In this document: positions 1 through 12,604 of the stretch, piece after piece
Position numbering within the stretch: the first letter of the stretch is position 1
Layout: each line of letters starts with the position of its first letter
Source: Octopus vulgaris
Lineage: Eukaryota
Assembly (NCBI GenBank): GCA_951406725.2
Contig: OX597825.1
Location: forward strand, 21,762,001 to 21,826,000
Direction: 5' to 3'
Length of the DNA stretch: 64,000 bases
Notes under the pieces: generated by a model
What the model was told of the DNA's origin: nothing
Databases searched by the model: none
Seen by the model: only the letters and a program-made list of their open reading frames with translations
Translations under genes and position numbers: made by a program

Positions 1-343
1 CTATAGTATCCTTTCCAACAATGCTGCATACACAGAGCTCGTAAGTATCTTTGTTGTTGTGTGTTTTTTTGCCCGACTTGCATTACATCCATAAAAATTA
101 AACTCGAATATACTGAAAATAGTAAAGACACGACAACGTTGACTTCAATCACTGCACACATTAGAGAGACATTTTTTACCTCACCACATCAAGCGAGCAC
201 GTTTTAAACCGTTTTTCGTTATCCGTTTTCTGTTTTTCATTTACCGTTGTTTACTGACTGTGTTTTCTATATGCTGCCTTCTCAGTTTTTTTTCACGATT
301 CTTCTAAGATTCAGTTTCTTTAGTTGGTTATGATATGTGTTTT

Positions 344-396
344 GTGCCTGAAGAATATGTTTGAATTTTTTCAACATATGAAACTATTAGTAGCGA
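344..396 (+). ncRNA. Hammerhead-ribozyme motif in a Penelope-type terminus remnant
   Basis: CTGAAGA core, stem II ATATGTT/AACATAT, GAAA, stem III CTA-T-TAG, GTA triplet. Stem I is weak. Confidence 0.5.
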
Positions 397-819
397 TTCA
401 ATACATGTATTGTGATCAATAATGTTTATTTCTCACCAGATGGAGTACATCTTTGTTGAATTTTCTATCACGGATTAGTACATTATGTATATATATATAT
501 AAATATATATATATCTGTGTGTGTGTGTGTGTATGTGTGCGTGTATGTGTGCGTGAATGTGTGTGTATGTATATATATATATATATATATGTGTGTATGT
601 GTGTATACGCTAGTATAGGAGTGTGTGAATGAGTGCACAAATGGTGGATAAATATTCTTTATTTGTGTATTAACAAGGCTACCAGTGGTTTCATATGAAG
701 ATATCTTCACAATTGTTGAACTGTACAAAGTGCAAGTGCTGGGACTCATATCCAATTTCGATAGGAATATCTAAAAACCCACTTACGAAGTGATTGTTCG
801 GCTCGAATCTCTATTGGAA

Positions 820-895
820 AATGCTTGCCCAATGTGCCACGCAATGGGATCGAACCGAGAAACCATGTGATTGGTAAGCAAACTTTCACACAGCC
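820..895 (-). mobile_element. Fragment of SINE family B (tRNA head plus CORE-like segment)
   Basis: CTTGCCCAATGTGCCACGCAATGGGATCGAACC...ACCATGTGATTGGTAAGCAAACTT matches the copy at 22908-23314. Confidence 0.7.
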
Positions 896-1784
896 TGGTC
901 TGCACCTTTGTCAATATAAATAAAACATGCAGATATTTGATGGACAGCATGGATACTGTAATTCCGCAATCTTTCGAGTGAGAACAGTATTACAGTGGCT
1001 TGCTCATAGAGGTTAGTTCTGGTAAGTGAATAGGACCGGCCTATAAATTGTCTGATGACACGATTCTTCAAATTAATTAGTTGTTATATTGAATTAGTTT
1101 ACGAATTTCATACTCAGGGTATTTAGATATAACTTTATTGAAGCAAACGAATATGAAATAATGCCCTGTAGCCAAACCATTATTTCAATTTATCAAAGAT
1201 CCAATATTAATTGGCACTTTTCTAAGTCAGTGAACGCTTCCTAAATGACTATATACACTTAAACTCACCATCATCATTATTACTATAGTCATCGCCATCG
1301 TCGTCGTTGTCGTCATCATCATAATTAATTACTTTTATGTTAGAAATTTAAACTATGTTCAATTATCGAAAATTATTAAGATACTGATTAAATACAAAAT
1401 ATAAACCGGTATAAATGGTAGCGATTTCCAGAACGAATGCGTTTAAATGGATCTTGAAGCGATAAATATTGATGAAGCAAAAACTACTGCATCCAAATGA
1501 AGGCAGAAGTAACTTTTATTCACTAAAATGAGATTTCAGGAATAATTATAGAAAAATAATTAATCCTAATTAAACATTATGCCATTTATTCCGGTCAGGT
1601 TTTCATGCTGAAAAATTGCAACATTTGCGTATCTTTAAAAAAAAAAATTTCTTGGGTGCTAGGACCCATAAAACTGGTTACTCGGTTTACATGTTATATA
1701 CATGAACGAGGTCACATATTCCTCTGATTGGGACCCCGGTGCATTATAATGTTCAAAGCCGGCAGTTTTGAGGGGAGAGTACGG

Positions 1785-1905
1785 ATCGATTACACCGACC
1801 CCAGTACTTTGTTGGTACCTTGTTTTATTGACCCCGAAAGGATGAAGGGCAAAGTTAATCTCGGCGGGATTTAAACTCAGGACTTAAAATGCGGGAGGAA
1901 ATGCG
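1785..1905 (-). mobile_element. SINE family A (tRNA head plus Nin/Deu-like domain), diverged
   Basis: Reverse complement of ...CCTTCATCCTTTCGGGGTCAATAAAA...GTACC, shared with many copies in the window. Confidence 0.75.
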
Positions 1906-2341
1906 GCCAAATCAAGGTGCTGATGATCGAGAAATTATAATTATATTAATGATGAAGAAATCATTGCAAATATCTAACTCTATTGAAATAGTAGACAAGT
2001 ATGTTTCTTATTCAACTCTATCAAGTAAGAAAGGACGGCTACATTTGAGTAATATATATCCATGAATAAACAGGATAGTCATCGCTAGAAAGGCTTATTT
2101 AGATCAAAAGTGTAATTAATCGACGTGGATCTGATGTTGGACAATAACACCAACTAGAACAGTCCTATAAAAATTTGCTTTACTGAACAGAAACGTATAA
2201 TTAATGAAAAATTTAGCGGCGAACCTGTGTTGTTCAACACATATTAGAGATAATGGAATCGAATGTAGAAAAGAATATTGTTTTCTTGCATTATTTTTCT
2301 TTTGTTTTATTTTATATAATTTATTTTTCGTCCATTTTTAG

Positions 2342-2450
2342 ATTTTCAACAACATTCAATAAGTGGAATTACACTTTTGATCCATGCATATTATTTAATC
2401 AACCTCAAAATCCAGAACGAAGTTTGGGAGATAAATGCCGATACATTGTA
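2342..2450 (+). CDS. Internal exon A of an MRH-domain (M6P receptor/ATG27-like) gene: x-FSTTFNKWNYTFDPCILFNQPQNPERSLGDKCRYIV
   Basis: Long T-rich tract ends in TTTTTAG at 2341; donor GTAAGT at 2451. 109 nt, open frame (1 nt + 36 codons). W-x-Y-x-F-D-P-C...F...C resembles the MRH Y-x-Y/F-N/D-P-C motif. Ends in phase 0, matching exon B. Confidence 0.8.
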
Positions 2451-3954
2451 GTAAGTAGCCATTATGTTCACTCGTTTTCTGTTACAAATTCATTCGTATT
2501 TGTCTCCATTAAATGGGTACATTAACCGGCTTCCTGTCGAAATAAAAAGCCGGACGTCCTTGCCATGTCACTAGCATTGCGCAATGAATGATGGTTAAGA
2601 CATTTAACTCTGAAACGGACAAATTTATGTTACTTGTAAAAGTATTTATAGAAAGAAACAGAACTGTATTGTAACCATTAGTGACGTTGTTACGATTAAT
2701 GATTGCCTTGTTAACTTACTTGCAGTGATTAGCTAACCCAAGGGAACATAACTGTGGATAAGCGACAAGATATGAAAGAAAATACTTCAATATCGTCTCT
2801 ATATCACTATAAAGATCTGGGAACAAATACTTACTTCAAATATATAGTTTACGTCGAGAGACTTCAAACAATTTTGTTTATAACATTGCGAATCGAGCAG
2901 CCTTCGATTTTTTCTAAAGTGTCATTTCACCTAATTCTTCATGCTATCATTTACAGTTTTGTCTATTTCGAGTTCCCATCGTTAAAGAATAATTATTCCT
3001 ATATATACTTTGTTGGTGCATAGAGATAATTTGTATATTTTAAAAAATAATCATTTTCCAATTGTATTCTCTGCCAATGCAGTTTAAATATACCACTGGT
3101 TTCTAGGATAGGATTAACATCAAATGCTTGACTCGATTTTATCGACTATCTGTCAACCATTCTTAGTGACTAAACAGTTTTATTGTTCTCAAATATTTAC
3201 CATATGGCTCAGCATATTTGGCGGCGTGTAGGTGGGGGTTCAGTGTGTAATGGTGACAGTATTCCGGCTTCCAGAAAATTCAGTGAAAATGCAATAGAAT
3301 TTTGGAACGGTACGGAGAAGCATCGGTTCAACAGCAAATCAGAAGAAATGGCTTATGGTATTAAGCTGCCAACATGTCTGTCCGAATTTGAAAATCTGCT
3401 GGGGTTCTTCTTTCTGACTAATATAATATAACAACCAGCCATTTTACTGAAGGGGATTGTATTAAGCTGATTCGTGTCAAAATGTGTTCCCCAGCGCTAA
3501 TGTTAGAATTTAAAATTAGTTTTGGGACAACACAGCTTTTCCTAATGACTTAAATAGCATATACGTATCCACAATATGTGAGGCTGATGGAGGTGTCATA
3601 TCCTCATATCTGACGTCTAACTTGAATGTTGCACGAAAGAGTGGACTCTGCTAAAAGGGAAACAAGTACCAGGTAATAGTTCTAAAATCCTGTCGAAAGA
3701 CAAGTCTAAAATCTAAGATTATTGTTTCCTCGTTCAACCTTCTTATGCCTGAAATTAAAACAGTGACTTTAAACAAGAATTTATGTATAAGATAAACTGG
3801 AACAACAAATATCTGAATCTATCGAGCACCAGACAATCAAGTAAAATATTCGAGGTTCGGATCCTTTCAACCGCACTACTATTTTTTATCGTTGTCAACG
3901 TACTTTGTACCGAAATATTTCGCTGTGCATCTATGGAATAACCCAGCTTCATAA

Positions 3955-4285
3955 AGAATCCCTTCGGTCACGTATGACTATAGAATTGCCCTAGACAGTT
4001 CCCGTCCAAGGCACAAGTTCGAGCAAGGTTGTTTATGGAAGACAAGAAGTCACCCATGCTTACCAACCTCCTTTCATCATGTCACCGATGATATCCAAGA
4101 GAAGTCAAAGGCCGATACAGCTTGGCACAAGTGACGTTTCAACTCATTTCAACAGCTGAGAGAACTGGAGCAACGTGAAATGAAATGACTTGTGCAAGGC
4201 CACAACACGCAACGCGGTACGGGAATCGAACTGACTACCACATGATTGTGAGTCCAACGCCCTAACCACAACGCATGCGCTTTAA
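3955..4285 (-). mobile_element. SINE family C (tRNA head), distinct 3' tail
   Basis: Minus strand reads GTGGTTAGGGCGTTGGACTCACAATC...GTTCGATTCCC...GTTGCTCCAGTTCTCTCAGCTG, with A/B-box-like head as in the copy at 62955. Confidence 0.7.
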
Positions 4286-5021
4286 CAAACCACCAGTAAA
4301 ATACCAATTACATTTCTTGATCTTGTCAAACACTTTTATTATGAAAACAATTCAGTTGTATGTTAACACTGGAGAATTTTCTAAAATTATCTTAATGTGA
4401 ATTTTGTAAGGTAATTTTGTAAAGAGTTTCTCCATTTTCCAGAGAACTTTATATATTAAGCTGAAACATTTTTGATGTATAGTTGTAATACAGCTAGATA
4501 TACAGCTTATTGCATAATTTTATTCCATGATTTAATTAGCAAATTAATTATTTAAGGAGTTATTGCAAACTGCTTGAAATAAATCGTTTAATATTCCTCT
4601 AGATTATTTTGAATATATTCAACTTCACCGTCGACACCATTTTACATGCCTAAACATTATATATATATATATATAAACCTGTGTGTTGGTAAATATGTTT
4701 ATGCAGACATACAGTGAATGGACGCATGGACAAACATGCAAAGATATATGTATGTGTACGTGTGTCTCTGTGTGTATGCATCTACGTTCGTGCTTTCTGT
4801 ATGTACTTATGTATGTGTGTATGTCTGTGTAGGCATATGTATCCATCTAACGATCCTTCCAACGAGCTAGACAGTCCGTTATCCAGCAAGCCCGCCAGCC
4901 ACTCACACAGTAGCCATATATGCATATTTATATATATTAATACTTATATGCACAGACACAGAAAAGTATGTTCACAAATTTATACTTGTGTATATTTATA
5001 CTTGTGTATATGCATACATAT

Positions 5022-5183
5022 ATATAGGAAGAATTCACATGAAAACAACAACAAAAGACGAAGACAGGTGGCGTAGATGTATTACAACAAACAGATGTAT
5101 TAATTTAACGCTCTGGAAGTGAAAAAAGACTTTAACGTTTCGAGCCTACGCTCTTCCACAGAAAGGAACAGAGAAAGAAGCAA

Positions 5184-5185
<2 letters not shown>
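5022..5185 (-). mobile_element. Penelope-type terminal repeat with variant hammerhead (5130-5165)
   Basis: Minus strand: CTTT CTGTGGA A GAGC GTAG GCTC GAAAC GTT AAAG, then CCTGTCTTCGTCTTTTGTT, as in the terminus of the Penelope-like element at 52060-52175. Confidence 0.65.
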
Positions 5186-5228
<43 letters not shown>

Positions 5229-5255
5229 CATGTATACATACTTATATCAACACAC

Positions 5256-5311
<56 letters not shown>

Positions 5312-5918
5312 AGTGTGTGTTTGTAAACTAATATCGAAATAAATTTTGCACGTGTAAAACGTATGTAATTGAAAAGATGTGTTTCTAAATTATATTTAAT
5401 TTATTCGATAATTTTTGAATAAATATTAAATTTATTAGAAACATGTTTAAATCATATTTGAATTTCTTGCGAGGTAATCACTAATACGAGCTAGGTTTCA
5501 CTTAAATAATTGTATGAAAAATACATTTTGTACAAAGAAATTGTAGTCGAATCGAAAGTTTGAATTCCAAAGAATTGCAATAATGTGGTAATTAATTTGT
5601 AATGAGTATTCAGCGTGTAAAATTTACGAGTTTGGAATGTATTTAAATACTACGAATTTCTTTATTTGTAGCTGTAATCTTATTGCACTGAGGCACACAA
5701 AGAAATACTCTGTGCGACAGAAACGTAGATGAAGACTAACTTATATTGCTTTCAGTTTGAAAATAGTTGATAATGAATATAATTCTTTGCTTGAAATGTT
5801 TGGCATATATTTTCATAAATCGGCATTTTGAGTGTATAAACACACACGCACATACACATGCATATACACATCTAACTATCTATCTATATCTGTAATATAT
5901 GTGACAATTTTTCGTTTT

Positions 5919-6078
5919 CCATAATAAAACTCTGCGTTTCGGATGTCGGGGCGGAAATCTGCTCTGGTATCTAGTCAGTTATTAAGACAAACTAAAATGC
6001 TATGTAAATGACCGTTAAACAAAGGCAAATTACTACAGATATCCGCCCCGACGTCCGAAACTCGGAGTTTTATTATGG
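5919..6078. repeat. 43-bp inverted repeat (5919-5961 / 6036-6078) overlapping a degenerate hammerhead motif
   Basis: CCATAATAAAACTCTGCGTTTCGGATGTCGGGGCGGAAATCTG versus the reverse complement of the right arm, CCATAATAAAACTCCGAGTTTCGGACGTCGGGGCGGATATCTG (4 mismatches). Confidence 0.85.
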
Positions 6079-7090
6079 CAACCTAATAATATGTGGTTGT
6101 GTGGGTTTGTGTGTCTGTGTGTGTGAGTATGTGCGTGTATTTGACTGAAGAGATCCATATAGGATAGAGCGATACTAAAGCGAAGTACGCTACAATTATA
6201 AGCTAGACTGAATGAGGTAAATCAGACAGCGATCTGTTGATTAATCATCATGTCATAGCTTACTTCTTTATTGGGTAAGCCTGATGAGATGAGAGTTGTA
6301 TACAATATTATGTAATCTTATAGATGTTGCAAAGACTATTTCATGATGGGTATTCCTGACATAGGCATAGAGTGTAAAGTTTGGGAGATGACATTAATAA
6401 ATCTTCTTAAGAAGTTTGAAAGGAAGTCTATCCTGAGATCTCCGAACGAGATTTGAACTCAAAACGTAGAGCGATGTATCGAAATTACGAGAAGTACTTT
6501 ATTTCTCATCCTATCGATTCTGAAAGTTAAACAAATATAGTAATGAAAATATATAATTAAATTGAAATATTACCATCCGTAATAGATTAGGTGTGAACAT
6601 GAGTTTTATCTCTGAAAATTTCATACGCTATATTTTCACGAAATTGTAACGAAATTAAACATCTGTCTATTTCCGAAGAGAGATCAAAGTTTCAGATGAT
6701 CAACTTTCAAGAAAGAAAAAAGATAAAATCAAAATATAACATATCACTGATAGGAAAACTTTGTACGAAATTTCATTAATCTCACTTTATGGCCCCATGT
6801 TTTTCCTTTTTTGTATAGTCACTGAACATCTTGTTAACACTAAAATGATTTATATCAGGTTATCTATAACACTCTGTAATGATCGATACCATTAGTATGG
6901 TATAATCAGAAAACAGGTGATGAAAATACTGCATGATGTTTAGTTCGGATCCTTCAGATTCTGACTGAAAATTCTGCGTCGAACGTCATTGTCTTTTTTA
7001 CTGTAAGAAAATTTTGGAACACACATATAGTACTTCATTTTGCATCAGGGTTAATATAATACGTTTTTTTTTTAGTTTAGAAATGCCAGA

Positions 7091-7170
<80 letters not shown>

Positions 7171-7285
7171 GTAATACTTTCGTGGATCATGGAAAACTGA
7201 ACTGACATCTTACGGTAAAACTTGAGCACCCTGGGTATCAGAAGCATCTTCTTCTTCTTCTTCTTCTTCTTCTTCTTCTTCTTCT

Positions 7286-7331
<46 letters not shown>
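7091..7331. repeat. Compound microsatellites: (TAC)n(TAA)n at 7091-7170 and (TTC)n at 7246-7331
   Basis: Directly visible. Confidence 0.95.
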
Positions 7332-7455
7332 GCGGTGAGCTGGAAGAGTCGGTAATATGCCAAGCAAGATGCATAGCGGTATTTCGTCCGTCTTTATTTT
7401 CTGAGTTCGGATTTCGCCTACGTCGACTTTGCCTTTCATGCTTTCAAAGTCGACA
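7332..7455 (+). mobile_element. SINE family A, 3'-truncated
   Basis: GCGGTGAGCTGGAAGA...CTGAGTTCGGATTTCGCCTACGTCGACTTTGCCTTTCAT. Confidence 0.75.
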
Positions 7456-7931
7456 TCTGGACATTCAAACTGCTAAAACGTGCATCCAAATGTAATTTAT
7501 TTCTTATGCTATTATCTTAAAAAGAGAAGTTCACATCTTATTCACTTTAATTCAGAAGCAAAAAATACAGGCGGAGTGGTTATACTAGGAATATCCCTAG
7601 CATATATCTATCGTTCATAGCTGATTAGAATAAAACAACAACCCCTCGATTTGTACTGACAGAACGAATTTGGTAACTCGCAGTTTAATAAATTTACAAA
7701 GACAAGAAATAAGATTAGCAATGTTGTATAAAGTAAGGAACAATAAACCAATAATGTAATTTATATTGAGATGATGACAAGTTAATTTAGAATAATTAAT
7801 CGATATAGTACAGAAGCTATTGCCTGGTATATTATATAAGGAAGAAATGCGGTAGTTAGTTATTGGGTGCAGACATAAAAAAAAAATCTCATGTAGTGAG
7901 AACAAATGGATCATTATGAATATAGTTAACG

Positions 7932-9150
7932 AGCGTCGTGCTGGCAGAAACGGTAGCACGCCGGGCGAAATACTTAGGTGTAATTCGTCTGTCTTTATGT
8001 TCTGAGTTCAAATTCCGGCGAGGACGACTTTGCCTTCTATCCTTTCGGGATCGACAAATTAAGTACCAGTTGCGTACTGTGGTCGATCTAATCGACTGCT
8101 CTCTCTTCTCCAAAATTCGGTCCTTGTGCCTAGACTAGAATAGATTAGGAATATGGTTACCAAGTGTCGAGCTGGCAGAATCGTTAGCATGCCGAATGAA
8201 ATTGCTTAGTCGTATTTCGTCTGTCTTTACATTCTGAGTACAAATTCCGCCGAGGTCGACTTTGCCTTTCATCCTTTCGGGGTCGAAAAATCAAGTACCA
8301 GTTACGCACTGGGGTCGATGTAATCGACTTAATCCGTTTGTCTGTCCGTGTCTGTTCCTTCTATGTTTAGCTCCTTGTGGGTAGTAAAGAAATAGGTATT
8401 TCGTGTCTTTACATTCTGAGTTCAAATTCCGCCAAGGTCGACTTTGCCTTTTATCCTTTCAGGGTCGATTAAGCAAGTACCAGTTACGCACTGGGGTCGA
8501 TATAATCGACTTAATCCGTTTGTCTGTCCTTGTGTGCAGTAAAGAGATAAGAAACGTTAGCACGCCGGGCGGAATTAGCCGTATTTGGTCTGTCTTTACG
8601 TTCTGAGTACAAATTCCGCCGATGTCGACTTTGCCTTTCATCCTTTCGGGGTCGATAAATTAAGTACCAGTTGCGTACTAATCGACTTCTCCCTCTCCCA
8701 CCAAATTTGGTCCTTGTGCCTAGAGTAGAAAAAGACTATGAATATGGTTACCAAGCTTCGAGCTGTCAGAATCGTTAGTATGCCGAACGAAATTGCTTAG
8801 CGGTATTTCGCCTGTCGTTACGTTCTGAGTTCAAATCTCGCCGAGGTCGACTTTGCCTTTCATCCATTCGGGATCGATAAATCAAGTACCAGTTACGCAC
8901 TGGGGTCGATGTAATCGACTTAATCCGTTTGTCTGTCCTTGTCTGTCCCCTCTGTGTTTAGCCCCTTGTGGGTAGTAAAGAAATAGGTATTTCGTCTGTC
9001 TCTACGGTCTGAGTTCAAATTCTGCCAAGGTTGAATTTACCTTTCATTCTTTTGGAATCGATAAATTAATTACCTGTGAAAGACCGGGATCGATGTAATC
9101 TAATTTCTTCCCACCAAAGTCCAGGCCTTGCGCCTTTAGTAGAAAGTATA
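7932..9150 (+). mobile_element. Head-to-tail array of about six full or partial SINE family A units
   Basis: TTCTGAGTTCAAATTCCGCCGAGGTCGACTTTGCCTTTCATCCTTTCGGGGTCGATAAATTAAGTACCAG (with variants) recurs near 8000, 8233, 8414, 8601, 8823 and 9008. Confidence 0.9.
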
Positions 9151-11048
9151 ATAGGGAAGACACTCGCATAAAATAAATCTACGTTAACTAAAAGTTAGAG
9201 TGAATTTGATCGTTGGCAGTAAAGTTACAATTCGGCGCACCTCGCCGTCATAGTAATATCAAGGTTATCGGATATTGAAGGATTGATGTATTTTAATATC
9301 TTGGTATTTTAATATCTAGGCACAGGAGATATAGTTTTATTTTGTATAGCAACATAAAATTAATGATTTATTTCCTGATAGGGTTAAAATTAACGTCTGG
9401 AATTGACTAAACGATGAAAGTTTAAAAACCACTTGCAGAAGAATGTAATCTCCATCTATGATCATATCTGCCTACATATATTACACACAAACCAACGTGT
9501 ACACATACGCACGCGCACATTTCATGCACACATACTTGCACCCGCACATCAAACTGTAAACCTCTGATGTCCTCAAACGAAATCTCGTAAATTGAAATTG
9601 CTAACCAGCAATAAGTAGTGATATAATAAGTGACATAGAGATATATTGACTGTATCCGCGTCATAAATGTTATATTTCTTTGAAGGTATGTTGAGAATAT
9701 AAAAATTTATTAATAGTTGTCATGGCCATCTTTACATACCGTTAATCACCAGGAATATTGTTTACATTCTGAAGCAGGAAATAATATTTTATACGTTACA
9801 ATATATATTTTTTCCTGTCAAAAATGTAAGCTGGGATTTATTTCTCTTTAAGTTTTTAATTTCGTACGCGATTAATTTATATAATCGACAGAATCGAGCT
9901 TCTGTATATTGCTGTTCTGTATTTTATACACTTCCGAAGCAATAACCTCAAAAATTAGAACTGAACATTTCCAGAAAAGAAGTTAAATAATGTTTAATAC
10001 GTTTAGATCAGTATGTTTACTCTCCCGATTACATTTGTCTGCTTCCTGCTTTCTAATGCGTGCAATAGTAATGAAAAAAAAATCTATCTATCTCATTTAA
10101 CGCATAAACGACCATTTTCATGGCTAATTGTCGAGATTCAAGACACAGAGGAATATGTTGATTAATACCGAAGTTTAGGATCGATGGAACACAATGTGCA
10201 ATTGTTAATATCATTCCAACCGTAAAAATACCCGTGAAGATAACTGAAGTAACGTTGATTATTGGAATCAGAATAAAATAGATAGGAATAGGATTAGTGT
10301 TAATAAAGTAAATCTATTTTATTATTGTTGTCGGTCTTTTGGCAGTTAGATTTTGTATTTGCATTCTTTAATATGGCTGTGTTTTAGATTGGAACAATTC
10401 ACGGTGTTTGGTTTGGTTGTCTTTAATAATTGGCCAGAAGAACTGGTATCGATAATTAAGATTAAAAATAATGCCTCTTATTCGGATAGCTATATCTTCC
10501 TGGAAAGTTTTGTAAAGCAACAAAATATTCTGGGGTTGCTTTCTTGTTTTGTTATTATTATTTGTTTTTGGTGGTGGTGGTGGTGGGGGGGCGTTTAACA
10601 ATATTATAATTCTGTGTAGATTATTTGCGGTATACTGGAAAATTGCATGATTTATGCCTTTTCCACTCTCACAGTCTTGGTGAAATTGATTTTGAGGAAA
10701 GCTCATGGGGTAGAAAGACTGACAGGATAAAGAACTTGGAACGACGTACATGCATTCTCATTTTCTTTAGGGGTTTCTTTCACTTAAACAAATTTGGAAG
10801 ACAGCACCAATGATTCTTTTTCAGGGGGCTTTAGAATGGTGAGAGGGAATGACCGTCAGGCCGAAGGCTCGTCCCAAATGTTTAAGCCACAGTGTAATAT
10901 CTGTGACGCGATTAAACGATCATACGGCGGTGTTAGACCGAGCAATATATGAAATCTATCACGCAATGATTTCAATATAAGAACCAATAATGTACGATAT
11001 TTTATCCAATGCATTGTGTACTTTTGAAAACGGCGTTTTCCTTCTCTA

Positions 11049-11093
<45 letters not shown>

Positions 11094-11252
11094 CACACAC
11101 ATATTTACAATAATTAATCGATATAGTACAGAAGCTATTGCCTGGCATATTATATAAGGAAAAATTGCAGTAGTTAGTTATTGGGTGCAGACATAAAAAA
11201 AATAAAACCTCATGTAGTGAGAACAAATGGATCATTATGAATATTGTTACCA

Positions 11253-11470
11253 AGCGTCGTGCTGGCAGAAACGTTTGCAGGCCGGGCGAAATGCTTAGCG
11301 GTATTTCGTCTGCCGTTACGTTCTGAGTTCAAATTCCGCCGAGGTCGACTTTGCTTTTCATCTTTTCGGGGTCGATTAAATAAGTACCAGTTACGGGGTC
11401 GATGTAATCGGCTTAATCCGTCTGTCTGTCCGTATGTTTAGCCCCTTGTAGGCAATAAAGAAATAAGAAA
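11253..11470 (+). mobile_element. SINE family A
   Basis: Full head GCTGGCAGAAACGTT through tail TTTAGCCCCTTGTAGGCAATAAAGAAATAAG. Confidence 0.9.
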
Positions 11471-11606
11471 TCATTCTAGTTTTATATCATGAGTTTCTTC
11501 AAGACGTTTTTGCACAAATAGTTGAAATTAAATTTCGGGAACTGTAAAAATTCCATATTATTATCTCTGTGCTTAGCCCCTTGTGGGTAGTAAAGAGATA
11601 CGTATT

Positions 11607-12004
11607 TTTCTTCTTCTTCTTCTTCTTCTTCTTCTTCTTCTTCTTCTTCTTCTTCTTCTTCTTCTTCTTCTTCTTCTTCTTCTTCTTCTTCTTCGTCTTC
11701 TTCTTCTTCTTCTTCGTCTTCTTCTTCTTCTTCTTCGTCTTCTTCTTCTTCTTCTTCTTCTTCTTCTTCTTTTTCTTCTTCTTCGTCTCCTTCTTCTTCG
11801 TCTTCTTCTTCTTCGTCTTCTTCTTCTTCGTCTTCTTCTTTATCATCATCATCTTATTATTCTTCGTCTTCTTTATCATCATCGTCTTCCTCTTCTTCTT
11901 CCTTTTCTTCTTCATCTTATTCTTCATCTTCACCTTCGTCTTCTTCTTCATCATCATCATCTTCCTCTTCTATTTCATCTTATTCTTCATCTTCTTCACC
12001 TTCG

Positions 12005-12045
<41 letters not shown>

Positions 12046-12230
12046 TTCTTTTTCGTCTTCTTCTTCATTTTCTTCTTCATCTTCTTCTTCATCTTCTTCT
12101 TCTTCCCCCTCCTCCTCCTTCGTCTTCTTCTTCCTTTTCTTCATCTTCTTCTTCTTTGTCTTCATTTTCTTCTTCGTTTTTTCACTTCTTCTTCTCCTTC
12201 TTCTACATTTTCTTCTCCTTCGTCTTCTTT
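11607..12230. repeat. About 620-bp polypyrimidine (TTC)n tract grading into GTC/ATC variants
   Basis: Directly visible. Pure TTC at the 5' end, a (TCA)n block near 12005-12045, degenerate 3' end. Confidence 0.95.
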
Positions 12231-12604
12231 ATATATATATACATACATAAATATATGTAAATATACGTATATACATGCACATACGTACATACACGTACAG
12301 AAAGACAGAGGCAATACCAGTGGTGCAAACTTCATATCATAACATTTTCTGAATCAAAATGCAGACTGGAATAGAAAAACAAAACAAAAGAAAACAAAAA
12401 TAACATCTAGAAATACAAAAAAATTCCAGAAAACCGACGACAAAATTTTGTCAAGGTTTCGTAATGTAATTGGTAGTTAATTGATGGAAACATTTCAAAA
12501 ATCTCTAATTGTCAATTATAGTAGTGAAAAGAAAATGACCCGGCAGTTTTAATGTCAAAGTAACGTAGACTTTTTCAAACTTTTTGATACGTCCTATATA
12601 TATA

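Noticed and set aside
1-46. Donor-like GTAAGT at 41 as the end of an upstream exon
   Set aside because: The phase-compatible frame (IVSFPTMLHTQS) shows no MRH-like motif and the acceptor context is cut off by the window edge; unresolved.
3183-3431. 82-aa ORF in moderately GC-rich sequence
   Set aside because: No recognisable motif or clear splice boundaries.
6392-6452. CATTAATAAATCT and ATCTCCGAACGAGAT, matching the fold-back element's 3' end
   Set aside because: Only two short, separated matches with no TSD or hairpin; too little to call a third copy.
7932-9150. Repeated units as a CRISPR array or tRNA gene cluster
   Set aside because: Units are about 200-bp SINEs without unique spacers, and the tRNA-like heads continue into SINE bodies.
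11499-12342. Long poly-F, poly-L and poly-K ORFs
   Set aside because: Stop-free translations of the (TTC)n tract.
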